From an uncultured Tissierellaceae bacterium (GTDB lineage: Bacteria; Bacillota; Clostridia; Tissierellales; Tissierellaceae), in assembly GCA_964527205.1 (NCBI GenBank), contig CAZGQG010000004.1, positions 7,023-71,022 on the forward strand: DNA of 64,000 nt. Direction: 5' to 3'. Made by a program: the position numbers and the translations under genes. Positions within the stretch are counted from its first letter, which is position 1. Every line of letters begins with the position of its first letter. The notes below the pieces were generated by a model. The model made no database searches, was not told the DNA's origin, and saw only the letters and a program-made list of their open reading frames with translations. Below, in pieces: positions 1 to 10,441 of this stretch.

Positions 1-1572
1 CTCATGTGAATCTTTCTTTGGTAGTTCAAGGTCTACATCATCAATATTTATATTCATAGCCTCTGCTACACCCTTACCATAGGCTGGATCAGCTTGGTAG
101 CAATTGAATATATGCCTATGCTTGATTTGTAGAGTTGAATCTCCCATATTTCTTGCTGTATTGTCAAAGAGAACTTGTTTTTGATCCTCTGTCATTCCTC
201 TAAATAAGAGACCTGGTTGAGTATAATAATCAGAGTCATCTTCTCTAAAGTCATATCTATATATGTCTCCGCCCTTTTGCTTAGGTAGATTATTGTCAGG
301 ATCATCTTTCCAGTTTCCATAGCTGTTTGGCTCATAGTGCAGTTCGCTTCCTAAGTTTCCATCTACACGCATTTGTCCATCTCTGTGGAAACTATGTGGA
401 TTTACTACTGCCTTTGGTGAGTTAACTGGTATCTGGTGATGATTTACTCCTAGACGATATCTCTGAGCATCTCCATAGGAGAATAGACGTCCTTGCAACA
501 TACGGTCTGGCGAGAAACTTATACCTGGAACTGAATTTGCCGGATTAAAGGCTGCCTGTTCTATTTGTGCAAAGTAATTATCTGGATTTCTATTTAATTC
601 AAATTCTCCAACTGGCATTAATGGATAATCTTCCTTTAACCACATTTTTGTAAGGTCAAATGGATTATTTTCCATTGCATCTGCCTCTTCTTCAGTCATA
701 ACTTGAATGTACATTTTCCATTTTGGATATTTTTCCTGTTCTATAGCTTCATATAAATCTCTTTGATGTGATTCTCTGTCCATACCTACTACCTTTTCTG
801 CTTCCTGGTCTGTAAGGTTCTTTATACCTTGCTGGGATCTAAAGTGGAACTTAACCCATACTCTTTCATCTTCAGCATTTATCATACTATAGGCATGGGA
901 ACTAAATCCATGCATATGCCTGTAGGATGAAGGTATACCCCTATCTCCCATTATAATTGTAACTTGTAGTAAGGCTTCTGGAAGTGATGTCCAGAAATCC
1001 CAGTTTGTATTAGGACTTCTCATATTAGTTCTTGGATCTCTTTTTATAGCATGGTTTAGGTCTATAAACTTCATTGGATCCCTAAAGAAAAATACTGGAG
1101 TATTGTTACCAACAAGGTCCCAATTTCCATCCTCTGTATAAAATTTCATGGCAAAACCACGTATATCTCTTTCTGCATCTGCTGCTCCTCTTTCTCCTGC
1201 AACTGTGGAGAATCTAGCTAGCATTTCTGTTTCCTTGCCTACTTCTGAAAATATATCTGCCTTAGTATATTTTGTAATGTCATGGGTTACCTTGAATGTT
1301 CCAAAGGCACCTGAACCCTTTGCATGCATTCTTCTCTCTGGTATAACTTCTCTATCAAAATGAGCCATCTTTTCTAAAAACCATACATCTTCTAAGGCTA
1401 AAGGCCCTCTTTTACCTGCTGTCATTGAGTCTTGATTGTCAGTTACCGGTGCACCTGCTGCTGTCCTTATGTAAGGATTATCCCCCACATTTTGATTTCT
1501 ACTAGGACTGTGTTTGTCTAATCCGTTCTTATCCATAGGATTTTCATTCATATTCTTTTTATTTTTATCCAT
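1..1572 (-). CDS. katA: Monofunctional heme catalase; C-terminus runs off the window edge
   Basis: Absent from the ORF track because no stop lies in the window. Manual minus-strand translation from ATG 1570-1572 (GGGAGG upstream) gives [12 protein letters not shown]...[48 protein letters not shown]... The frame stays open for 524 codons to base 1 (...[20 protein letters not shown]). It carries the catalase distal-His motif. Confidence 0.9.
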   Translation of the reverse strand, partial: MDKNKKNMNENPMDKNGLDKHSPSRNQNVGDNPYIRTAAGAPVTDNQDSMTAGKRGPLALEDVWFLEKMAHFDREVIPERRMHAKGSGAFGTFKVTHDITKYTKADIFSEVGKETEMLARFSTVAGERGAADAERDIRGFAMKFYTEDGNWDLVGNNTPVFFFRDPMKFIDLNHAIKRDPRTNMRSPNTNWDFWTSLPEALLQVTIIMGDRGIPSSYRHMHGFSSHAYSMINAEDERVWVKFHFRSQQGIKNLTDQEAEKVVGMDRESHQRDLYEAIEQEKYPKWKMYIQVMTEEEADAMENNPFDLTKMWLKEDYPLMPVGEFELNRNPDNYFAQIEQAAFNPANSVPGISFSPDRMLQGRLFSYGDAQRYRLGVNHHQIPVNSPKAVVNPHSFHRDGQMRVDGNLGSELHYEPNSYGNWKDDPDNNLPKQKGGDIYRYDFREDDSDYYTQPGLLFRGMTEDQKQVLFDNTARNMGDSTLQIKHRHIFNCYQADPAYGKGVAEAMNINIDDVDLELPKKDSHE

Positions 1573-1754
1573 ATAAATTCCTCCCTCGACTACTTATATA
1601 CCCATTTTCTCATTTTTAAACACTATCTAAGAGAGAAAGCTGTAAAACTTATTTAAAGACCAAAAGAGATTTTATTTACTATAACTGTGATTGATTAATA
1701 AAAATATAATAAGATATATTGAAAATCATAAAATCTTCTATAAAAGCAGTGGAA

Positions 1755-1803
1755 AAAGCTCCTCCATAACTATGAAATAAGTTATGGAGGAGCTTTATAT
1801 TTT
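1755..1803 (-). terminator. Rho-independent terminator after the 1828..3036 gene
   Basis: 16-bp perfect stem aaagctcctccataac / gttatggaggagcttt, followed by a T-tract on the minus strand. Confidence 0.7.
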
Positions 1804-1827
1804 TCTAATCTTTAAAATCTCTTTATC

Positions 1828-3036
1828 TTAGTATAGACCTTCTAAGTCCTCTAATGGTAAATATATATAAAGAGGATCTACTACACTGTCATCTAAAGGA
1901 TAGTAAAATACTATAAGATTTGAACCCTTAAAGTATATTTCCTTACCCTCTGCTTCAAATTCTAGGTCATGTTGTTCCTTAGATGCCTCTTCTATTATTT
2001 CTAATAATCTTTCTTGGCTCTCCTTATCTTCTTTAAAGAAGCTTTCAAAGTCAATTTCCTTAGCATTTTCTAGATCTAGATTCAAGCTCTTTACTAATCT
2101 TTTCTCTGAACCCATAAAATCAAAATTTCCTCTGAAAAGTAAACTTAAGATTTCATCATTTAAAAAGCTTACTTCATAGTCTAATTCTAAATCCTTATAA
2201 AGATCATTGTCCTTTATCTCTTGAACAAATTTTTCTATTTTAAGATTTACATCTTCTGCCTTATCTAATCCTTGAAATTCAGGATATAGAATATTTTCAT
2301 TGTCTTTATCTTCTACTTCCACTATATAAACATCTGTATTTAAAACCTTGATTCTTTCAGCTCTTCCCTGTGGAGGTAGGCTTAGGGTCAAGATTTCTGG
2401 TATAAGAACTTCTAGCTTGTTTCCTTTTTTTATATCTTCAAACTTAAATTCCTTTCCATCCTTATCTTCTATTACTGTATCTTCTGATATATGAAACATT
2501 ATCTCATCTTGAACACTGTCTTTATCTCCAGCTACTAGGATACTAGTAAGCTCTTCTGTCTTTACTATTTCTTTTACAAAGCCGGATAGGATCATTTCTT
2601 CTGGTCTTATCTGGTAGTTTAGTACTTCTGTGAAAAATTCTTCTGGTACAAAAGTTCTACTATCCTTTATCTCTGGTGCTTGGGATAGGGGAAAAGGTGC
2701 TACTCTTTGATGAAAGTATGCATTTTCTCCTATGGTTACAGTTGTCCACTGAGGTCCACTTCCTATTTCTACGGTTCTAGTTTCACCAATCCATTTTATA
2801 TCCAAGCCTAGGATGCCCTCTGCTACCTTTCTTAGTGCTACCATAGTAGTTCCATCTTTTTCATAAGTTTCTACATTTGTTAGATCTAAAACATTGTCCA
2901 TGTCCATAATAAGCTCTGCCTCAACTTCCTGATTTTCCATCTCTTCATCTTCTATATCAGCTAATACTACACTTCCGCTAAATAAAAGACTAAGAGCTAA
3001 TCCTACTGCTAAAATTTGCTTTTTCATCCATGACAC
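1828..3036 (-). CDS. Secreted protein with a copper-amine-oxidase N-terminal (stalk) domain and a DUF3298/DUF4163-like C-terminal region
   Basis: 402-aa ORF with a signal peptide (KKQILAVGLALSLLFSGSVVLA) and a stalk-domain pattern (VALRKVAEGILGLDIKWIGETRTVEI). The C-terminal family assignment is from memory. Confidence 0.55.
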   Translation of the reverse strand: MSWMKKQILAVGLALSLLFSGSVVLADIEDEEMENQEVEAELIMDMDNVLDLTNVETYEKDGTTMVALRKVAEGILGLDIKWIGETRTVEIGSGPQWTTVTIGENAYFHQRVAPFPLSQAPEIKDSRTFVPEEFFTEVLNYQIRPEEMILSGFVKEIVKTEELTSILVAGDKDSVQDEIMFHISEDTVIEDKDGKEFKFEDIKKGNKLEVLIPEILTLSLPPQGRAERIKVLNTDVYIVEVEDKDNENILYPEFQGLDKAEDVNLKIEKFVQEIKDNDLYKDLELDYEVSFLNDEILSLLFRGNFDFMGSEKRLVKSLNLDLENAKEIDFESFFKEDKESQERLLEIIEEASKEQHDLEFEAEGKEIYFKGSNLIVFYYPLDDSVVDPLYIYLPLEDLEGLY

Positions 3037-3169
3037 TCCTTTGTGTTTTGCTTTAATTTTAATTCTGTCTCATCTACTATTCTAACACAATGTTTTAATA
3101 TTAATAGGTCTTCCGGCTATTTGTAACTAGATTGTAAAGTCTAATCTAAAAATAGACCGCCTCTAGATT

Positions 3170-3619
3170 TTATAATTCTAAAATATATTTATAAGCAGCT
3201 TCTACAGGGTTTTCATAATACTGCTCTACCCTATTTACTAGAATAAATCCAAAGTCCCTAAAGATCCTTTGCATCTTCTTATTTGACTCCCTGGTTTCAG
3301 CCTTAATCTTAGGAATACCATCCTTCCTGGCCTCATCTATCATATGCTGAATTAATTTATGCCCATGTCCCCTTTCCCTATGGTCTGGATGGGTGCTAAT
3401 AGTCATAAGCTTGCTATAGTCCCTTAAGCCCTTCCACTTGTATACTGAGGCGCTGGCCCTTATCTCTCCCTCTTCTATAATGGCGTAATAGTAAGTTCTC
3501 TTATCTTTTAAGAGCTTTATCCAGTATTCCCTAAAGCTATATTCTTCGGGAAAGCATAGTCTATCAAAGCTATGTATTTCTTCTAAATAATCTATATCCA
3601 ATCTTCTTATCTTTTCCAT
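3170..3619 (-). CDS. GNAT family N-acetyltransferase (RimI-like)
   Basis: 149 aa with an acetyl-CoA-binding-type motif (HPDHRERGHGHKLIQHMIDEA) and typical GNAT size. Confidence 0.75.
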   Translation of the reverse strand: MEKIRRLDIDYLEEIHSFDRLCFPEEYSFREYWIKLLKDKRTYYYAIIEEGEIRASASVYKWKGLRDYSKLMTISTHPDHRERGHGHKLIQHMIDEARKDGIPKIKAETRESNKKMQRIFRDFGFILVNRVEQYYENPVEAAYKYILEL

Positions 3620-3633
3620 AAAATCCTCCCCAA

Positions 3634-3670
3634 TAAAAAAATCAATGCCATGTATAATTATAGCATTGAT
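3634..3670 (-). terminator. Rho-independent terminator after the ABC ATPase gene
   Basis: Stem atcaatgc/gcattgat, with a run of 7 T on the minus strand immediately 3'. Confidence 0.6.
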
Positions 3671-3671
3671 C

Positions 3672-4448
3672 TTAGCCTACTGGCGTTAAATATATTTTAT
3701 CTGTGTGTTTGTTCCTATCTATTTCAACCTTTAAATCATAGGCCTCCCTAATGTTTTCCTTGGTAATTACATTTTCAGGCTTGCCTCTTCCTATGATCTT
3801 TCCCTGGTTTAGCATTATTATCTCATCTGAATACCTTACTCCCAGGTTTATATCATGGATAACTAGGACTATGGTCATTCCTCTCTCCTTGTTAAGCTCT
3901 CTTAAGAGATTTAGTATTTCTATTTGATGGTTTATATCTAGATGGGCTGTAGGCTCATCCAATAAGATAATAGCAGGATCCTGGGCTATGGCTCTGGCTA
4001 TAAGCACTCTTTGCCTTTCTCCTCCGGATAGTTCCGTTATCATCCTATCCTTTAGATAGAGAGTATTTGTAAGCTCCATGGCTTCTTCTACCATCCTGTA
4101 GTCCTCTCCATTTTCCCTTTCAAATCTGCCCTTGTAGGGGTGCCTTCCCATAAGGACTACTTCCTCTACTGTAAACTCAAAGTCAATGGCAGTATCCTGA
4201 GGTACTAGGGCTATTTTTCTAGCAAGCTCTTTTCTTTTAAAGTTTCTAATATCCCTTCCCTCAATCAATATAGTGGATGATTCTGGGTGGTAAATATTAT
4301 TTAATAGTTTTAAGATGGTTGACTTACCGGAACCATTTGGTCCTACAATACTTAAAAACATACCCTTCTTTATGTTAAAGTGTAAATTTTTAAGAACTGG
4401 CTCATCCTTATATGCAAATTTTAAATTTTTAACTTCTATTGAATTCAT
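3672..4448 (-). CDS. btuD: ABC transporter ATP-binding protein, FepC/BtuD type (corrinoid/iron-siderophore class)
   Basis: 258 aa with Walker A GPNGSGKST, signature LSGGERQRV and Walker B ILLDEP. It is the last gene of an operon headed by a cobalamin riboswitch. Confidence 0.8.
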   Translation of the reverse strand: MNSIEVKNLKFAYKDEPVLKNLHFNIKKGMFLSIVGPNGSGKSTILKLLNNIYHPESSTILIEGRDIRNFKRKELARKIALVPQDTAIDFEFTVEEVVLMGRHPYKGRFERENGEDYRMVEEAMELTNTLYLKDRMITELSGGERQRVLIARAIAQDPAIILLDEPTAHLDINHQIEILNLLRELNKERGMTIVLVIHDINLGVRYSDEIIMLNQGKIIGRGKPENVITKENIREAYDLKVEIDRNKHTDKIYLTPVG

Positions 4449-4482
4449 CTAATCATCTCCACATTAAGCTTTCTATAAGCTC

Positions 4483-5526
4483 TTACTGAGTCTTTGTCTT
4501 TTTTAAAAGATAAAGGAAAAAAGGTCCACCAAATAGTGCTGTTATAATGCCTACTGGTATTTCCACTGGGGAAATTATCGTACGGGCTATGGTATCTGCA
4601 AATATCATAAATATTGCCCCTACCAGAGCTGATGCAGGAAGTAATACCCTGTGGTCCGGTCCTATTATTATTCTCACTATGTGAGGTATTATAAGTCCAA
4701 CAAATCCTATTATTCCAGATACAGAAACTACCATGGCCACCATAAAGGTCCCAAGAATCAGTATATACATCTTGGTCTTTTCCACATTGATTCCCAAACT
4801 CTTTGCAGAATCCTCTCCTGTTAGCATAATGTTTAGGTCTCTGGCAAAGAAATTAATAAGGATAATAGAGCCTATAACTGGTAGGGAAACCCTAATCAGT
4901 GGACTCCATCCCTTTCCTGCCAAGCTTCCCATGGTCCAATAAACTATCTTTGCCATATCATTGCTAAAGATTACCATTAAAAAAGACATTATAGCCGTAA
5001 GGAATTGTCCTATGGCTACCCCTGCCAGTAACAAGGTAGTTACTGGTACCTTGTTCTTTATTCTTGAAATGTTATAGACAGTAAATACTGCAGCTAAAGC
5101 CCCTATAAAGGCAAAGAGGGATATGGAAGACATGCCTAAAAAAGATATGCTAGCCTTTAGGATAATAGCTATAGTTGCACCTAAGGCAGCTCCTGAAGAT
5201 ATTCCTATTACAAAGGGATCTGCCATAGGGTTTTTAAACATACCCTGAAAAGCTGCTCCTGCAATAGCTAAACTTGAGCCAACCAAGACTCCCAAGAGTA
5301 CTCTTGGAAGTCTTATTGACCATATTATTATCTGATGTGTCTCTAAGATATCAGATACATCTATATAATTTTTTAAAATAGGTGTTTTAGATCCAATTAT
5401 CCTAAAAACATCTGTCCATTTAATACTTGCTGTACCTATTACAGAAAATATTCCTATGGACAATACTAATATAAGGGCTAGAAAAACTAATACCCTTCCA
5501 TATTTACCTTTTTTAACCCTTGCCAT
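4483..5526 (-). CDS. btuC: FecCD-family ABC permease (BtuC-like)
   Basis: 347 aa and polytopic, with FecCD-type motifs (RLPRVLLGVLVGSSLAIAGAAFQG, ...GGPFFLYLL). Confidence 0.8.
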   Translation of the reverse strand: MARVKKGKYGRVLVFLALILVLSIGIFSVIGTASIKWTDVFRIIGSKTPILKNYIDVSDILETHQIIIWSIRLPRVLLGVLVGSSLAIAGAAFQGMFKNPMADPFVIGISSGAALGATIAIILKASISFLGMSSISLFAFIGALAAVFTVYNISRIKNKVPVTTLLLAGVAIGQFLTAIMSFLMVIFSNDMAKIVYWTMGSLAGKGWSPLIRVSLPVIGSIILINFFARDLNIMLTGEDSAKSLGINVEKTKMYILILGTFMVAMVVSVSGIIGFVGLIIPHIVRIIIGPDHRVLLPASALVGAIFMIFADTIARTIISPVEIPVGIITALFGGPFFLYLLKKTKTQ

Positions 5527-5538
5527 ATAATCCCTTCT

Positions 5539-6534
5539 CTATTTAAATGCGTCTGGATATATTGCCTTTGCCACTAGTTCCAAAGCATCTACTATTCTTG
5601 GTCCTGGTCTTGATACCATGTCTGCTTCTGTTCCCTTAAATAGGTGTATCCTATCATTTTTTATAGCTGTAAGGGATTCATAACCTGGTCTAGCCTTGAT
5701 TGACTCCTCAGTTATATCATCCATAGCTTGAGATGTAAGGTAAACATCTGTATCTCTTTCTATTAACTGCTCTACATCATACTGAGGATAAGCTCCATCT
5801 GCATCCTCTGCTATATTCTGTGCTCCTGTTAGAGTAATTAACTCATCCATAAAGGAACCTTTTCCAGCTCCCATTAGAGGATCATGCCAGATTTCGTAAA
5901 ATACCTTTACAGACTCCTGGTCCTTTACCTTTTCTACTATTTCATCTTTTTTCTCTAGCATAGCATCTGTAAGTTCTTCTGCCTCTTGGTTTCTTCCTGT
6001 CGCCTTGCCAAGAATTTTTATATTCTCTACTACTTCAGCTATGGACTCTCCTAAAAAGCTTATTACTGTAATTCCTGCACCTTCAAATACTGCAGCATCT
6101 TCTTCATCTATAAAGCCATAGACTAGTACTAGGTCTGGGTCTAATTCTACAACCCTTTCTAAGTTTATTCCCTCATAATCTCCAACTATTTCCTTAGTTG
6201 TAGCTTCTTCTGGATAGTTACAGTTACTTGATACTCCTACAACCTTGTCTCCTAGTCCTAGGGCAAAGATCATTTCCGTAGAACTTGGATTTAATGATAC
6301 TATCTTTTCTGGTTCTTCTTCTATGCTTACCATGTTTCCAAGTCCATCACTTACCTCTACTGGAAAACTTGCAACTTCTTCCTCTTCTTCTAAAACTTCT
6401 TCATCCTGGTCCAAATCCTCTACTGCTCCACTATCTGGCTCCACCACATCTTCTTCTCCTGTACTACAAGCAGCCAGTGAAAATAAGGCTAGTACAATTA
6501 ATGCTAATAATCCTAATCTTTTAAAATTTTTCAT
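5539..6534 (-). CDS. btuF: ABC substrate-binding lipoprotein, periplasmic-binding-protein type 2 (BtuF-like)
   Basis: 331 aa with lipobox LAAC and an acidic linker. It is the first gene downstream of the cobalamin riboswitch. Confidence 0.7.
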   Translation of the reverse strand: MKNFKRLGLLALIVLALFSLAACSTGEEDVVEPDSGAVEDLDQDEEVLEEEEEVASFPVEVSDGLGNMVSIEEEPEKIVSLNPSSTEMIFALGLGDKVVGVSSNCNYPEEATTKEIVGDYEGINLERVVELDPDLVLVYGFIDEEDAAVFEGAGITVISFLGESIAEVVENIKILGKATGRNQEAEELTDAMLEKKDEIVEKVKDQESVKVFYEIWHDPLMGAGKGSFMDELITLTGAQNIAEDADGAYPQYDVEQLIERDTDVYLTSQAMDDITEESIKARPGYESLTAIKNDRIHLFKGTEADMVSRPGPRIVDALELVAKAIYPDAFK

Positions 6535-6577
6535 ATTTCCTCCTTGATATTTTATATATTTAATATTTTTTTACAAC

Positions 6578-6778
6578 AAAAAAACTTACCCCCAATATTT
6601 AAGGATAAGTCTAAAGACTTCAATCCTCCCTCCGAGATAATATATAGGCAGATATCCTGACTTATGGCTTTTCCTAATTCCAACACCTTCCCAGTTTCCC
6701 AGTGGCCTTTGTTGGTTTCGTACCATTTACAGTAGCGGGGGCTGTAGTGGCTTCTAACCACTTTCCCTTTTAATCCCT
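6578..6778 (-). promoter_or_regulatory. Cobalamin (B12) riboswitch with terminator expression platform
   Basis: The minus strand reads AAAGGGAAAGTGGTTAGAAGCCACTACAGCCCCCGCTACTGTAA...GGCCACTGGGAAACTGGGAAGGTG...AAGTCAGGATATCTGCC (B12 box), then the hairpin acttatcc/gggtaagt plus T7 at 6578-6612. Confidence 0.85.
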
Positions 6779-6854
6779 ATATTTTCATATAGGAAACCTA
6801 TAATCCTATTCAATTACTCCATAATAATATCATATCCAGAGAATATTTTCAATA

Positions 6855-7307
6855 TTATCTAGACTTAAGGTCTTCTATAAGCTCTTTCATTTCCTTTATT
6901 TCTTTTTCCTGGGCCTTGATAATGTCATCTGCTAATTTCCTAACCCTAGGATCTTCTATCTTGGCTCTTCCACTTGTAAGAATAGCTATGGAGTGATGTG
7001 GTATCATTCCCTGCATATAATCAACATCATCTATGGTTGTTTGATTTCTCATTAAATAAAATGAGCTCCCAAATACCAATACGCTAACTAGAAGAATCCC
7101 AATATTTATCTTCTTGTCATCTAGCATATGAAGCATAAATCCCAGCATTACCACTGCCATTACTGCTGTGGAAAGAATCGTCATATATAATCTCATTTCA
7201 CTAAAATATACATGATCTATTTGGTAGGTGTTAAGATACATTACCCCATACATCAATATGGCAGAACTTATTATCATGCCAAAAAATTTCATATAATTCT
7301 TTTTCAT
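6855..7307 (-). CDS. DUF305 family membrane-anchored protein
   Basis: 150 aa with three N-terminal TM helices, then the DUF305-like pattern MIPHHSIAI...DIIKAQEKEIKEMKELI. Confidence 0.6.
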   Translation of the reverse strand: MKKNYMKFFGMIISSAILMYGVMYLNTYQIDHVYFSEMRLYMTILSTAVMAVVMLGFMLHMLDDKKINIGILLVSVLVFGSSFYLMRNQTTIDDVDYMQGMIPHHSIAILTSGRAKIEDPRVRKLADDIIKAQEKEIKEMKELIEDLKSR

Positions 7308-7468
7308 TGTAAGCTCCTTTCTTTTCTATTCCCTAAGAATTCTCTACTTAGTTTTAATATACCCATGTAAAGTTAGTTTTATTTATATTTTTCTTTTTTA
7401 CTCTATTATTTATAGAAAAGATATATGGTCTAATTGTCTCTATATAAGTAATATAGTGAATAGCTTCC

Positions 7469-7497
7469 TTGACTCTGGGTATATTCATTGATAGTAT
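7469..7497 (+). promoter_or_regulatory. Sigma-A type promoter for the M-box/mgtA transcript
   Basis: TTGACT (7469-7474), a 17-nt spacer, then TAGTAT (7492-7497), about 25 nt upstream of the M-box. Confidence 0.5.
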
Positions 7498-7521
7498 GGT
7501 TATTTGATAAATGAATATGAT

Positions 7522-7675
7522 TTGTTAGGTAGAGGCTCCTATACAAACACAGGCTACTGCCCAGAAACGTCCAGAGACGCCAACGGGTATAACAGGAATT
7601 AACCGAAATAAGGTGTTCTTAAGGTAGCTAACAGAAATGTTTACGTTGTATAGTGCTAAAACTCCACGAAAAGAT
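7522..7675 (+). promoter_or_regulatory. M-box (ykoK leader) Mg2+ riboswitch
   Basis: GTTAGGTAGAGGCTCCTATACAAACACAGGCTACTGCCCAGAAACGTCCAGAGACGCCAACGGGTATAACAG...GTGCTAAAACTCCACGAAAAG matches the conserved M-box core. It lies upstream of a Mg2+ P-type ATPase. Confidence 0.85.
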
Positions 7676-7716
7676 CATAATGTGTAAGATTTTTTATACT
7701 TTATGTGGATATTTAG

Positions 7717-7750
7717 AAGCTCTCACTGCCTGTGGGAGCTTTTTATATTT
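7717..7750 (+). terminator. M-box expression-platform terminator
   Basis: 10-bp stem aagctctcac/gtgggagctt (one G-U pair), followed by TTTTTATATTTTT. Confidence 0.7.
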
Positions 7751-7784
7751 TTATTAAATTTATTATAGAAAGGATGGATAAGAG

Positions 7785-10427
7785 ATGAAAGATCTATTTA
7801 AAATAGATTATTTTGATCTAGCAAGCCGGCCTATAAAAGAAATCAAGGACTGGTTTGGTGTTAAGGAAGATGGATACAGTGATGAAGAAGCAGCTAGAGT
7901 CAGAGAAGAGTATGGGGATAACGAAATTGATTATGGTACAGAAAAACCCCTATGGAAGATTGTTGTTGAGGCCTACTTTACTCCCTTTACCCTAGTATTA
8001 TTTGCCCTGGCAATTGTTTCTTTCCTAACGGACTTTATATTTGTTCCAGTGGAAGAACAAGAGATCTTTGGACCAATTATTATTATCGTCCTAGTTCTCC
8101 TAAGTGGTACTATGACCTTGATTCAAACCCTAAGATCCAATCGTTCAGTTCAGGAATTGGAATCCATGGTAGAGGTAACATCAGCTATTAAGCGTGATGG
8201 TAAGTACAGTGAAATAAGAACAGAGGACATTGTACTTGGAGACTGGGTTAGACTAAGTGCGGGGGACATGATTCCAGCAGATATTAGACTTGTAGAAACA
8301 AAAGACTTATTTATCTCACAAACCTCCCTTACTGGAGAAAGTTATCCAGTGGAGAAAAGAGCAGAGATAGAAGTCAAAGAAGTTACAAATGAGACAGCCT
8401 ACGAAACCCTAGCCTTTACAGGCACTGAGGTAGTTAGTGGTAGTGCTCAGGGAATTGTAGTAAGAACTGGTAATGACACCTTATTTGGAGATATAGCAGA
8501 TGAACTAGCTCATGAGGAGCCAGAAACTAGTTTTGATATTGGAATTAAAAACACATCTTTATTATTAATTCGTTTTATGATTGTAATGGCCCTAATGGTT
8601 ATTTTAATCAATGGTTTGACCAAGGGAGACTGGCTACAAGCCCTAATCTTTGGAGTTTCCATAGCAGTTGGACTTACTCCGGAAATGCTTCCTATGATTG
8701 TTACAACCAACCTGGTCAAGGGTGCTAACGACATGGCCAAGGAAGGTACTATCGTTCGTAACCTACACGGAATCCAGAACTTTGGAGCTATTAATCTTTT
8801 AGTTACAGATAAGACAGGTACACTTACCCAGGATAATATTATCCTTCAGGCACATTTAAATATAGAAGGCTTTGAAAGTGAAAGAGTTCTTCGCCATGCC
8901 TACTTAAATAGTAAGTATCAAACAGGTCTTGGGAATCTAATGGATGAGGCGATTATAAAGGCTGCTGAGAATGAGCTAGATACAGAAGCTTTTAATTACA
9001 CCAAGGTAGATGAGGTTCCCTTTGACTTTGAGAGACGTCGCTTAAGTGTAGTAGTAGAAGATCCAACTGGAAAAACTCAATTAATTACAAAGGGTGCAGT
9101 GGAAGAAATGCTAGATGCCTGTTCCTTTGTTGATTATGATGGCAAGGTTCATGAACTTACAGATGAACGCCGTGAGTATGTTAGGGATCAAGTAGCAGAT
9201 CTTAATAGAAAGGGCCTCCGTGTTTTAGGGGTCGCCCAAAAAACTAATCCACCTCCAGTAGATGAGTTTTCAGTAAAAGATGAGACCAATATGGTCCTAA
9301 TAGGTTATCTTGCCTTCCTAGATCCTCCAAAGGAATCTACCAAGGAAGCTATAGAAGCCCTAAAGGAACATGCAGTTGATGTTAAGGTAATGACAGGAGA
9401 CACTGAATTAGTAACTATTGCAGTTGCTGAACAGGTTGGGCTTCCTACAGACAGGGTAATATCTGGAGAAAAACTCCTTGATAAGACAGATGATGAATTA
9501 AAGATAATTGTTGAAGAACATGATTTATTTGTTAAATTAAATCCAACTCAGAAGTCTAGATTGGTTGGTATCTTAAGAGGAAATGGTCATGTAGTTGGTT
9601 TCCTAGGGGATGGAATCAATGATTCACCTGCCCTTAGAGCATCAGATGTAGGTATATCAGTGGATAATGCAGTTGATATAGCCAAGGAGTCAGCAGACAT
9701 AATCCTCCTAGAAAAAGACCTAATGATTTTGGAACAAGGTATACTTTCAGGTAGAAAAATATTTGGTAATACAATGAAATACATTAAAGCAACTACAAGT
9801 TCAAACTTTGGTAATGTGTTTTCTGTATTACTTGCCAGTCTTTTCCTACCATTTTTACCTATGTTACCAATTCAATTATTGTTCTTAGGACTTATTTATG
9901 AAATCTCCTCCATGTCTATTCCATGGGACCATATGGATGAAGAATATCTATACCAACCAAAGAAATGGGAGGCAGAGGGAATTAGAAAGTTTATGGTTTG
10001 GTTTGGTCCAACAAGTTCCATCTTTGATATAACTACTTTCTTAATAAGTTTCTTCCTAATTGCACCAGCCGTTGCAGGGGGTCAATTTAATAGTCTAGGA
10101 CCAGAGGCCAAGGCCTTGTTCATAGCTGTATTCCAGTCTTCATGGTTTATAGTTTCCCTATGGACACAGACACTGGTACTTCACACCTTAAGAACACCTA
10201 AGATACCATTCTTAGAGAGTAATGCATCCTTTATAATGACTACCATTACAACAATTGGTATCCTTATAGGGTCAGTGGCTCCTTATACAAAATTAGGTGA
10301 TCTACTAGGACTAGCACCGCTTCCATCCAGTGCATGGTGGATGTTATTGGTAACAGTAATAGCCTATCTAGTACTGGTACAAATAGTTAAAAAGTTCTAT
10401 GTAAGAAGATATGGAGAATTATTATAG
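7785..10427 (+). CDS. mgtA: Magnesium-importing P-type ATPase
   Basis: 880 aa with the phosphorylation motif DKTGTLT, TGES, the GDGINDSPAL hinge and a 10-TM layout. It is preceded by the M-box. Confidence 0.9.
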   Translation: MKDLFKIDYFDLASRPIKEIKDWFGVKEDGYSDEEAARVREEYGDNEIDYGTEKPLWKIVVEAYFTPFTLVLFALAIVSFLTDFIFVPVEEQEIFGPIIIIVLVLLSGTMTLIQTLRSNRSVQELESMVEVTSAIKRDGKYSEIRTEDIVLGDWVRLSAGDMIPADIRLVETKDLFISQTSLTGESYPVEKRAEIEVKEVTNETAYETLAFTGTEVVSGSAQGIVVRTGNDTLFGDIADELAHEEPETSFDIGIKNTSLLLIRFMIVMALMVILINGLTKGDWLQALIFGVSIAVGLTPEMLPMIVTTNLVKGANDMAKEGTIVRNLHGIQNFGAINLLVTDKTGTLTQDNIILQAHLNIEGFESERVLRHAYLNSKYQTGLGNLMDEAIIKAAENELDTEAFNYTKVDEVPFDFERRRLSVVVEDPTGKTQLITKGAVEEMLDACSFVDYDGKVHELTDERREYVRDQVADLNRKGLRVLGVAQKTNPPPVDEFSVKDETNMVLIGYLAFLDPPKESTKEAIEALKEHAVDVKVMTGDTELVTIAVAEQVGLPTDRVISGEKLLDKTDDELKIIVEEHDLFVKLNPTQKSRLVGILRGNGHVVGFLGDGINDSPALRASDVGISVDNAVDIAKESADIILLEKDLMILEQGILSGRKIFGNTMKYIKATTSSNFGNVFSVLLASLFLPFLPMLPIQLLFLGLIYEISSMSIPWDHMDEEYLYQPKKWEAEGIRKFMVWFGPTSSIFDITTFLISFFLIAPAVAGGQFNSLGPEAKALFIAVFQSSWFIVSLWTQTLVLHTLRTPKIPFLESNASFIMTTITTIGILIGSVAPYTKLGDLLGLAPLPSSAWWMLLVTVIAYLVLVQIVKKFYVRRYGELL

Positions 10428-10441
10428 GATTAAAAGATTTT

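Noticed and set aside
1148-1363. 71-aa plus-strand ORF; also similar antisense ORFs such as 4733..4942, 6245..6547, 8510..8740, 11982..12284, 15084..16134, 22479..22908, 23988..24332, 25089..25492, 39107..39580 and 48785..49147
   Set aside because: All are embedded antisense in long, well-supported genes. They have low-complexity or biased composition and no RBS. They are shadow ORFs typical of AT-rich genomes.
1573-1754. Search for PerR/Fur-type boxes upstream of the catalase gene (and upstream of rubrerythrin, 12601-12764)
   Set aside because: Reading both strands found no 7-1-7 element within one or two mismatches of TTATAATNATTATAA or TGATAATNATTATCA. Only generic AT-rich runs were present.
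6552-6761. 69-aa minus-strand ORF in the track
   Set aside because: It lies entirely within the cobalamin riboswitch and terminator and has no RBS. It is a by-product of the structured leader.
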